DNA from: an uncultured Gemmatimonadota bacterium
GTDB taxonomy: Bacteria > SM23-81
Assembly: GCA_964584035.1 (NCBI GenBank)
Contig: CAZOYL010000012.1
Span: forward strand, 23,207 to 33,915
Length of the DNA: 10,709 bases
Direction: 5' to 3'
Shown: positions 1 through 9,200 of the stretch, piece after piece
Layout of the letters: each line of letters opens with the position of its first letter
Position numbering within the stretch: position 1 is the stretch's first letter
Program-made: the position numbers and the translations under genes
Notes under the pieces: generated by a model
Seen by the model: only the letters and a program-made list of their open reading frames with translations
Told to the model about the DNA's origin: nothing
Databases searched by the model: none

Positions 1-2952
1 TTCCAGTGTCAGCATTTCCCGAACCGGCGTGGAATCCTCGGCCACCAGGATGGTTTCGGCTCCCCGATCGGTGTCGATCTCCAATGGAGCCAGGCAGGGT
101 GGAGATTCCTTCTGGTCGATCCGGGGCAGGTAGATCTTAAAGGTGGAGCCGTGTCCCAATTCGCTGTAGACCCAGATCGTACCACCGCTCTGCTTGACAA
201 TGCCATAGATGGTGGACAGTCCCAGGCCGGTTCCCTTGCCCACCTCTTTGGTGGTGAAGAATGGTTCAAAAATCCGCCGCTGGGTTTCCTTGTCCATGCC
301 CTCACCGGTATCACTGACCGATAACATCACATAGGACCCCGGATGGACCTCAGGGTGTTTCCTGGCGTAACTTTCATCCAGGAAGAGGTTGGTCGTCTCG
401 ATGGTCAGTCGCCCCCCTCGCGGCATGGCATCCCGGGCATTGACGGCCAGGTTCATGATAACCTGCTCGATCTGTCCGGGATCGGCCTTGACTTTTCCTG
501 TATCGGGGTTCAAAGAGGTGATCAGCTTCACATCCTGACCGATGACCCGTTGGAGCATGTCCTCCATCCGCCTGACCGTTTCATTCAGGCAGACCACTTC
601 GGGTTGCAGAATCTGCTTGCGGCTGAAGGCCAGCAACTGCCCGATGAGCGAGGCGGCCCGCTGGGCGGCGCTCTGGATCTCGGCGACGTATTTTTTCAAG
701 GGACTATCGAGGGATATTTTCGTGGCCAGCAGATCGCTGTAACCGGTGACGCCGGTCAGCAGATTGTTCAGATCATGGGCGATTCCGCCGGCCAGCCGGC
801 CGACCGCTTCCATCTTCTGAGATTGCCGAAGTTGCTCCTCGCTCTCGCGAAGAGCCTGTTCGGCCCGCTTGCGCTCGGTGATATCACGGAAAATTCCGAA
901 AGTGGCGGCGGTTCTACCCTCGTCATCGAACTTGGGCGTGGCCATTACCAGCAGCGTGCGGCTCTCTCCATCCGGCCGGACGATGGATAATTCGTATCTG
1001 CTTTTCTTGCCCGATTTACGTAGTTGTGTTTGAGCGATAAGCAGGTTGGAATTCTCCTGGCCGACGAATTTCTTTAACTTCTGACCGGCAAGACTCCCGG
1101 GCGGCACACCGAAAATTTCATGCGCCGCCGGGTTGGCAAAAGCGAATCGTTCCTCCAGATCGACAATACCGATCCCCTCTTGCTGGTTCTCGATAAGGGT
1201 TCGATATTTCTCCTCACTGTCCTTGAGAGCTTCTTCGGCCCTCTTGCGCTCGATGGAGATGCCGATCTGGTTGGAGACGAATTGCAGCACCTCCCGGTCC
1301 GTTTCGTCATAGGCATGCTCATCCGTGTAGCTCTGAACGACCAGCGCTCCGGTGATCTCCGGGCCCACCTTCAGAGGGACACCCAGCCAGATCTTCGATG
1401 GCGAGCCCACCCGATCGACCACTCCGGTATCCTCGAGTTTTCTAATGTCCTCATCGGTGACCAGAAGGGTCTTGTCGTTCCTCACCACGTAAGCGGTCAG
1501 GGTCTTTTTAGCAGGATAGGTCTTGAAGATATCCCTTTCGTCTTTGAAATACGGCAGCGAAAAGGTGTCGCTATCCTTATTGTAAAGAGCGATAAAGAAG
1601 TTTTCCGTATTCAGAATGGCGCTGAGTTCCCGCCGGATTTCGATGAACAGTTCATTGAGATCCTGAGTGGTGTGCACGGCGTTGGAGATTCGATAGAGCA
1701 CCGCCTGAATGGCCTCGGACCGTTTCCTTTCGGTGATGTCCGTGCAGCCGCCGATCCATTTGATGGGGCGGTTGTTTTCGTCCAGCACCGGCGTTCCCCG
1801 ATCCATCCAGTACAGCCAGCGGCCATCCTTTCTCCTGACCCGGTATTCATCATGAATGGATTCGGTGCAGGTTCGATGCCTTTCCACGGAATCCTTCATT
1901 CGCTCCAGGTCCTCGGGATGAATCAGATTGGCCCAGGCTTGCAGCGTCCCGGGGATCTCGCCGGGTTCGTATCCCAGCGCCGCCTCAAGGTTTCCAAACC
2001 ATTGGAGCGTATCAGATTTCACGTCCCATTCATAGATCAGATCGGCCGTCACCTGAGCCGTCAGTCGAAACCGTTCCTCGGCCCGGGCTCGATCGCTGAT
2101 GTCCACGATGATTCCACGCAGGCCGGCGGGCTTGCCGTTTACGATGATCGGGGCGGAGTGAATGACCACGGGGAAGACCGTTCCATCTTTTCTCAGGGCT
2201 TTATATTCGAATCCGGTCTGTTCCTTGGTGCCCATCATCGAGCGGGCTATGTTCTGTTTGGCACGATCCCGGTCCTCCGGCACGATGGTCTCGAGAACGT
2301 CGAGGCCTTTGCTCATATCCTCCTGTGTATAGCCGAACAGCTGAAAGGCATTACGATTTGCGAATGTCAGATGGCCCTCAGCATCGGTTTCAAAAATGAT
2401 CTGCGGCAGAGAATTGGCCAATTCCCGAAATTTTTCCTTGCTTTCCCGCAGGTTTATTTCGGCTCGTTTCCGTTTGGTGATGTCGTGGATGACCGTGACG
2501 ATACGAACAACGGCGCCGTTCTGTACCACGGGAATTTTGCGGGTTTCGGTGGTAAAGGTGCGGCCATCGATCGAGGTCTCCTCGGTGGTGGCCAGCGTTT
2601 GACCGCTGTCAAAGACCTGTTGATATTCCGATCGTATCTTCCCCGAAAGAAAGGGAAAAACCTCAAAAAGCGATGTCCCCAGGGCGTTCGTTTTCAGCCG
2701 GAGTTTCTGGTTCCATTTATGGAAGGCCGTATTCAGCAAGACCAGCCGCATGTCGCGGTCGATGACGTGTATGGCATCGGGCATGGCATTGAGCGTATGG
2801 CGGTACTGTTCATCTGCCGAGGGAAAGCATCCCTTTACCCCATGATCTTTGGCGATACCCTCGGGAGGGCACTTCCTGAAGGTGGTGATCTGCCGTCGAG
2901 CCTCGTTGAGCTCGGTGATCAATTGAGTTTTTGTTTTCTGTTCATCCTTCAT
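1..2952 (-). CDS. Cytoplasmic hybrid sensor histidine kinase/response regulator (PAS x3-GAF-PAS-HisKA-HATPase_c-REC), CckA-type kinase core; 3' end truncated by the window edge
   Basis: Manual translation of the minus frame from ATG at 2952 stays open to base 1 (984 codons). N-terminus is [21 protein letters not shown]. Four PAS/PAC units end in HDITKRK, VDISDR, TDITERK and RDITERK. GAF has [16 protein letters not shown]-box is [23 protein letters not shown] (His codon 775-777), N-box [18 protein letters not shown]1/F/G2 boxes [22 protein letters not shown]. The receiver begins ETILVAED at the edge. An in-frame TAA lies upstream at 3049-3051 with no other ATG between. No transmembrane segment seen. 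Confidence 0.95.
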   Translation of the reverse strand, partial: MKDEQKTKTQLITELNEARRQITTFRKCPPEGIAKDHGVKGCFPSADEQYRHTLNAMPDAIHVIDRDMRLVLLNTAFHKWNQKLRLKTNALGTSLFEVFPFLSGKIRSEYQQVFDSGQTLATTEETSIDGRTFTTETRKIPVVQNGAVVRIVTVIHDITKRKRAEINLRESKEKFRELANSLPQIIFETDAEGHLTFANRNAFQLFGYTQEDMSKGLDVLETIVPEDRDRAKQNIARSMMGTKEQTGFEYKALRKDGTVFPVVIHSAPIIVNGKPAGLRGIIVDISDRARAEERFRLTAQVTADLIYEWDVKSDTLQWFGNLEAALGYEPGEIPGTLQAWANLIHPEDLERMKDSVERHRTCTESIHDEYRVRRKDGRWLYWMDRGTPVLDENNRPIKWIGGCTDITERKRSEAIQAVLYRISNAVHTTQDLNELFIEIRRELSAILNTENFFIALYNKDSDTFSLPYFKDERDIFKTYPAKKTLTAYVVRNDKTLLVTDEDIRKLEDTGVVDRVGSPSKIWLGVPLKVGPEITGALVVQSYTDEHAYDETDREVLQFVSNQIGISIERKRAEEALKDSEEKYRTLIENQQEGIGIVDLEERFAFANPAAHEIFGVPPGSLAGQKLKKFVGQENSNLLIAQTQLRKSGKKSRYELSIVRPDGESRTLLVMATPKFDDEGRTAATFGIFRDITERKRAEQALRESEEQLRQSQKMEAVGRLAGGIAHDLNNLLTGVTGYSDLLATKISLDSPLKKYVAEIQSAAQRAASLIGQLLAFSRKQILQPEVVCLNETVRRMEDMLQRVIGQDVKLITSLNPDTGKVKADPGQIEQVIMNLAVNARDAMPRGGRLTIETTNLFLDESYARKHPEVHPGSYVMLSVSDTGEGMDKETQRRIFEPFFTTKEVGKGTGLGLSTIYGIVKQSGGTIWVYSELGHGSTFKIYLPRIDQKESPPCLAPLEIDTDRGAETILVAEDSTPVREMLTLE

Positions 2953-3037
2953 GATATCGCCGACCGATACGCGTTGAGATTTGATAACAGGCTGTTCATG
3001 CTGATAGTTATAGCAGGAACCGATTCTGGCTTGTAGG

Positions 3038-3141
3038 TGGCGGCAGGCTTATAGAAGCTCAGGTAGCCCCAATAGTTCACCGGGTATAAAATTAGCAAAA
3101 AGTGGACCAAAAGCTTGGCCGAAAGCGATTTCCTGCCGCCA
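3038..3141. repeat. 10-bp perfect inverted repeat (TGGCGGCAGG 3038-3047 / CCTGCCGCCA 3132-3141) flanking the candidate promoter
   Basis: Read directly from the sequence; 84-nt spacer. Function unknown and could be chance. Confidence 0.4.
3094..3110 (-). promoter_or_regulatory. Candidate sigma-54 (RpoN) -24/-12 promoter for the kinase gene
   Basis: Minus strand reads TTGGTCCACTTTTTGCT: exact GG-N10-GC spacing with TGG and TTGCT matching the consensus TGGCAC-N5-TTGCW, but with mismatches at the CAC positions. It is correctly oriented, about 140 nt upstream of the ATG and downstream of the protease terminator. Confidence 0.5.
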
Positions 3142-3187
3142 TGCGCCCTTCATCGACGGCCCGGGGAATACAATACAGAACGGGCAT

Positions 3188-3222
3188 AAAAAAGCCGGGG
3201 CCGCCCTCAGGCGGCCCCGGCT
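3188..3222 (-). terminator. Rho-independent terminator of the giant protease gene
   Basis: Minus strand AGCCGGGGCCGCC-TGAG-GGCGGCCCCGGC-TTTTTT: perfect 12-bp GC stem plus a closing A-U pair, 4-nt loop and U6 tract, starting 17 nt after the TAG at 3240-3242. Confidence 0.93.
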
Positions 3223-3239
3223 GTGGCGCAGTCGTTGAA

Positions 3240-6200
3240 CTACTTTGCGTTAATCAGGGATGTGTCGAATTCCCCGGCGCGATTCGATTCGGCCGATTTC
3301 AAACCGGCCACATCCTCGGCCTTGACCGCGTAGAAGTAGTGCACCCCGAGGTCTCCCACGGCCCCGGAATCAACATAGGAAAGCTCGTCGGTCAGGCAGA
3401 CGGCGTCGCCCCCGAAGATGGGTGTCTCCGGGTCGGTGACCCGATAGATGGTGTACCAATCCACCTCTTTGGGATGACCCGTAGTATCCAGGCTGACCGC
3501 CGACCAGGTGAGACGGATGTCGTCTTTCTCCTTGGCCGCAGCCAGATCACCGACCGGCGCCGGTTTCAGAAGGGAACGCGACCGGCCGTCGTCCTCGTCC
3601 GAGGTGTCCGATTCCTCCTGGTGGTAGGTGGCGGTGACCACATACCAGTGTCGATCTCCTCCATAGACGGAGTGGTCCTCATAGGTGGTCTCATCCACGG
3701 GCACGACCTCCAGCAGGTCATAGGGACCGCCCGCGGTATCGCCGCGATAGACGTTGTAGCCAACAAGGGCCTTACCCGCCGGGGTGCCTCCGCCCAAGCG
3801 GTACGGATCCAATGCGCCCCCCCGAGAGCCTCCCAGAACCTTGCTGCTGCCGTCCTCGTAGACGACCACGGCCGATATGCTGGGATCGGAGACGTCATAG
3901 GGCCAGCCGAAGTTGCTCAGCAGCTCCCAGGGCCCATCGGGACTTTGTCCCCACCAGCCGCGATCGTGGAAGGGAGCCGTCCGGTCGCAGCTCACGCCGG
4001 TATCCAGGCTGTCCCGGAAGGCTACGCCCAGGTAAACGTCCAGACTGTCCACGATGATCTGCTCGTCCCAGATATCAGCGAAGACCCAGCCGTCGCCGTG
4101 TCCGAAGGTGAGCACTTCGTGGGGGCCGGAGATGGGCGGGCCGGGTTCCGAATCGACCAACAGGGAGGTGTCGGAAAATACATACAGGTCCGCGGCCGTC
4201 ATCGGCGCGACGTCCCAGACATGGAACATCAGCGTGCGCAGAATACAGGGATATGCCTCCGGTGTCAGCCGCACGGCCAGGGTGACGTCGGAATCGCTGG
4301 CCCGGATGCGGCCCTCGAAGGTGTCGTCGTGGATCATCAGCGTGTCCACGTTCGAGCCCGGGGGGGACCAGGTCAGTGGGATATACGCGGGGTAGTTCTC
4401 CCCGGCCATGAGAGCCTCGGGTGGGAGCAGGTCGGTGACCAGCCAGTCCATAACCCGGTCCATGACCGTATCCTGGTTGTCGGGATCGGCAAGATCCTCG
4501 ATGGCCTCGAAAGGAAAGCTGAAAAAGACCACCCGGCCGCCGCTTTGATTGATCGCCACCGGGCTGCGCAGTCCGCCGTAGTTCATCTGCTGACGCGACT
4601 TGAAATGGTCGTTCTGAAAGATACCGACGGCCTCATTGCCCGGGATCATATCGTCGCTTCCCTCACGAAGCGGCCATTCCAGCTCCAGCTCGAGACCGTC
4701 GGCGATAACGTCGCCCGGCTCGCCGTGCTCCCGCTCGATGCCGGAGACATCGTCATCCCACCAGTCCACGTGGAGATAATCGGTGATGAAGGGGCGGAGC
4801 ATCCCGGCCTCGCTGAGGTAGCCCTTGCTGGACAGAAACAGATTCCCGCCGTTGTCGAGATAGGCCATCAGGGCGTTCTCATCGTCGTCGGTGATCGTGG
4901 CGGTGAGGTCCTCGCCGGTCTCCCAGATAACGACCTGATACTTGTTGAGAAAACCGGCCGGCGGCGAACCCTGGGATGAAACATCCCAGGTGTCGAAATT
5001 GATTCCATTGTTGGCTAGAGCGTTGTGATAATTGTTCTGCCACGAGCCGAGGTCGTCGTCGATGACCACGACCGGGTTGAGCACGTAACCGACGGTCAGA
5101 GCGCCGGCCTGATCGGTGGTGTATCCGTTGATTCCCCCCCCGCCCTGATCGTTGCCGTCCAGGTCGGCATAGACCCAGGTGGTGCCGCTGTCGGTGGAGA
5201 ACCGGAAGGTATAATCGTAGTTGCCGGCCCGGGAAACCGTCAGCGTGCCGCCGTATTCATCGTTGCTGCCCACGTCCTGCGTGTATGAGGCCGATGACCA
5301 CTTCCATCCGCCGCCGGAGGGCTGGCTGCCGTTGGAGCCGTAGCCCACCTGGGCGGCGATGCCGGCCCCCTGGCCGCCGCCGGGGGTCACGCCCGGCTCG
5401 TAGACCTGGCCCAGGATGGTTCCGGTGGTGTCGCCCACGTCCATGGTGATGCTGGCGGGAGAGATCAGCTGGCAGGAGTTGACCACATCGGAGCCGGTGG
5501 GAAAGGTGAGAAAGGGGGAGAAATCGACGTTTTTACTGACCCCATCTCCGGATCCGGCGCCCTGTCCGGAGGGTCCGCTGGCCGCCCCCCAGTAGTTGTT
5601 CTTGGCGGTGATCAGACAGGAGGAAGTGTCGTTCTCGACGCCGAAGGTGGTGTTGTCGTAGATATCATTTCGGGCGAAGGAGAGCGCAAAGGCCCAGTTC
5701 CAGAACTCGACCCCGACGAAGTTATCGTGAATCAGGTTGCGCTCGATCGTGGGCTGGGCATTGTTGCCGAAGTGCATGCCGGAATCGTTGTCGCGCAACT
5801 CGTTATCCCGGACCAGGATACCTCCTCCCATGGGGCCTTCTCCATCCTCATAGATGCCGATGCCATTATGATGGATGCCGCCGACGCCGGAATCGTTGTT
5901 CTGGATGATGGCATTCGACCAAAAGCAGTTGATGCCGTTTGTGGAGCAGTGGGAGATCTCGTTACCGTTGATCATCGGCGAGGACCAGTTACAGTCGATG
6001 CCGTTGACCGCATGACGGATCGTGCAGCTGTCCACCAGGCAGCCGATCGTGGTGACGGTGTCGTAATCCATGCTGGAGTCGGCGAAGACGATACCCCGCC
6101 AGTCGCCGGCGCCGGAGGCGGAGAAAGTGCTCTTGTGCGCGTTCAGGCGGCCATAGACATGGAACGCATGGTGGCCGTCGCTGTCGCCGGCGGTGAGGTT

Positions 6201-9200
6201 CTCGTAGTTGATGATCATGAAGTCGCCATAGGTCAGCACCACCGAGCCGTCCAGCTGGAAGCTGGGGTTTGTTCCTGTGACCACGCCGTTGGAATTGGAC
6301 ACCACGCTGGTGAGATTGAAGTCGGTGGAGGTGAAATAGACCCCCTCGCCGTTGGTCCCCTTGCTCTTCTGATAGGTCACCCAGTTGGGCTGATCGGCAC
6401 TGTCCCGGGCCTTCAGGCCGAAATAGTGCGGTCCGGCGCCGAGGGAATCGATGCTGAAGAAATTGTTGCTGCCGGAGTAGATCGGCGTGTTGTAATCGAT
6501 ATTGCTGTTCGAGGTGCCCTGATAGATCTCGTAGAATTCCGGCGAGCTGAGGGTGTCGGTGACATCCTCCCAGGAGAGATTCACGCTGCCCATCCCCAGC
6601 ACCGAATTCCAGGAGGCGTCTAAATAGAGGTAGGCGGGCATGAGGGGAGGGGTGTTGTCGACGGTAAAGCTGTGATTGCATATATCCTCATCGGTGAGTG
6701 CGTCCGGGTCGGTGACCACGACCTGGACGTAACAAGTGCCCCAGTCGGGATAGGTGGCCGTATTCCACGAATAACTGGTGTCCGGCGAGCCGTTGAGATA
6801 CTGGGTCCATGTGGTGTCACCGGCGGTGGCCGTTCCCACATAGAGATCGAAGGTCAGCCCCTCCAGGGAGTCAGGATCGGTGGCCGTCCAGCGAATCGTG
6901 TGAGACCCGCTCCAGTGCTCGAAACCATTGGGACTGAGAACCGTCACCGTCGGCGGGTCGGGATTATCGATCTCGAAGACATAGTCGGAGCTGTCTCCGG
7001 CGAACAGACCGGAGGTGTCGTTGACCGTGATCCGGACCAGGTACTGGGTGCCGTCGTCCAGATCTGAGACGTCCCAGTCGTAGGTTCCATCGTTGGCCTG
7101 GTTGGAGTCGATGACCGTCCAGGTGGTGCCGGCGTCGGGACTGTAATCCAGATCCGCTGAAAGAATGGTGGAATCGCCCAGATCTGGATCGGTGGCCCAC
7201 CAGGTGATCTCCGTTTCCCAGACCAGCAGTTCGCCGCCGTTGGGATCGAGGATCATCACCGAGGGCGGGTCGGGGTTATAGACGGTGAACAGGCTGTCGG
7301 AACGGTCCCAGCTGGCGTTGGTGCCATCATAGGCCCGAACCTCGATCAGGTAGGTGGTGGTGTCGTCTCGTATGGTCGTATCCCAGGGATAGACGCCGTC
7401 GTTCGGTTCGCCGGAGGCGAAATAGTGCCAGCTGGCGCCGCTGTCATCTGAATAGCCGATGCTGTAGATGACCACCGAGTCTCCGTCGACGTCCGGCGCC
7501 GTCCAGGTGATATCGGTCGTGTCGCCGACCACCTCGCCGCCGTTCGGGTAGGTGACCTCGACCCAGGGAGCGTGGTATGTGTTGGTCAGGAAGGGGATGT
7601 AGTCGATCTCCCCGTAGCCGCCCAGGCCGGCCTCGATACTGTCCGCCCGGGTGGCCCCCCACCAGTTGTACTCGGCCGTCAGCGTGTCGATGGGGCCGTA
7701 GTTCAAATTGCGGGTGGTGTTGTCCAGGATGTCGTTGTGATGGATCGAGATGCTGGCCGTATCCTCGATGGAGACGCCGTAGTCGTTGTCCGTAATGGTG
7801 TTATAATATACCACCGTTGGCGAGCTGGAGGTGGAGTAGTTCAGGAACAGACCGGAATAGTTATCGGTCAGGGTATTGGAATAGACCCACACCGTGTCGC
7901 TGGCGCCCTGAATCTCGATGGCGGCGATGGAGTCATGCCGGGTGATGGTATTCTCGTAGATCTGGGCTCCGCCCACATTGCTGACTGAGATGCCCCAGAC
8001 GCCGTTGTCCCGAATGGTGCAGCCCGAGATGACCGGTACGGACCAGTTGTAAGCGTTTATGCCCGCTTCCCCGTTGTTTCGGACGACGCAGTTGGAGATG
8101 GTCGGCCCGGCCGTGGCACCGCTGATGATCACGCCGTCATTGGTGTTGTTCATGAAGAAGCAACTGTCCACCGAGGGCGATGATCCCTCTGCATACAGGC
8201 CGTACAGGCAGATGGACACGCTGTCGCCGTACAGGGCGGGATCCGAGCTCCCGGAGAGGCGGATGCCGTTGAGGCCGCAATCGTGGACGACGGTATTGGT
8301 AATGTTCGGATCGGAATCGCTGTACAGCTCGAGGCCGTTTCCGTCCACATTTCGGATGGTGCAGTTGGATATGGTCGGGGAGGCTCCGTGACAGTAGATC
8401 CCGTCGCCGGCATATTCGATCAGACAGTGATCCAGCTTGCAGGTGGCGTCCTTGCTATAGTCGAGAAACTCGATGTCCTGCCAGTCCCCGGGCTCGTTCT
8501 TGGTGGTGTCGCTGGCCGAGGTGAACACGATCAGGCTGTCCGGCTTGCCGTCGGCCACCAGGGCTCCGGGCCGGGTGCTGCCGGTGCTGCCCACCACCAG
8601 GGCGCCGTTCTCACCGAACAGGACCCGCACGCCGGGATTGATGATCAGCGTGGTGACGTTGTCTCCGCCGTCGGTGCCGCGGATGTACAACCGGTCCTTG
8701 ACGATATATGGGCTCTGGGAGACGGTCCAGGTGGTGTCGTTGGAGATGGTGTCGGAGACGGCGGCCGGAATGGCTCCCTGCCAGACCATCGAGGGGTCGC
8801 CGTAGAGGCAGAAGTCGAACATGTTCATCTGCTCGTGCCACATGGTGACATGGTTAGCTTTGTGAGTGACCTTGGCGTCAAACAGGGCCTCGCCCAGCTT
8901 CTTGTCCCCGTTGATCAGCTCGTCGAAAAAGTAGTAGTCCACGCTGGCATTGCCGCCATCCCAATGGCTGTCCCAGCCCGGAAAGTACCAGGAGACCCGG
9001 GTCGAGGCCACCATGCCCGACGATCCCTGTTCCAGACACCTCTGAGCCAGGCATTTACCACTAGCGTCGGGCTGTCCGCACCAGCAGGAGTTGGCGAAGA
9101 CGATGGAGGGATGGTCATCGTCCAGACTGGGGGTGTCGGGGTTTTCGATGAACCGCTGCCAGCTCATCTCGCCAGCCTCCGGAGTGCCATTTCCGTTGCC

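Noticed and set aside
1120..3036. 638-aa plus-strand ORF (and 343..990, 215 aa)
   Set aside because: Codon-register antisense shadows of the histidine kinase; no recognisable motifs, while the minus frame has all the canonical kinase boxes.
3243..3500. T9SS CTD, autotransporter barrel, or DGR variable region at the protease C-terminus
   Set aside because: No CTD motifs, no amphipathic barrel with a terminal aromatic residue, and no template repeat or reverse transcriptase in the window.
3102..4979. 625-aa plus-strand ORF
   Set aside because: In-register antisense shadow of the protease; it starts at a GTG, runs through the terminator hairpin and has no protein-like motifs.
5134..5141. C8 tract (also G7 at 4360-4366 and C7 at 3817-3823) as phase-variation sites
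   Set aside because: Short, explained by Gly-Gly or Pro-Pro codons, and the frame is intact; no evidence of slippage.
5989..6681. 230-aa alternative-frame minus ORF and other short Arg/Pro-rich ORFs
   Set aside because: Off-frame overlaps inside the protease with the low-complexity R/P/H composition typical of non-coding GC-rich frames.
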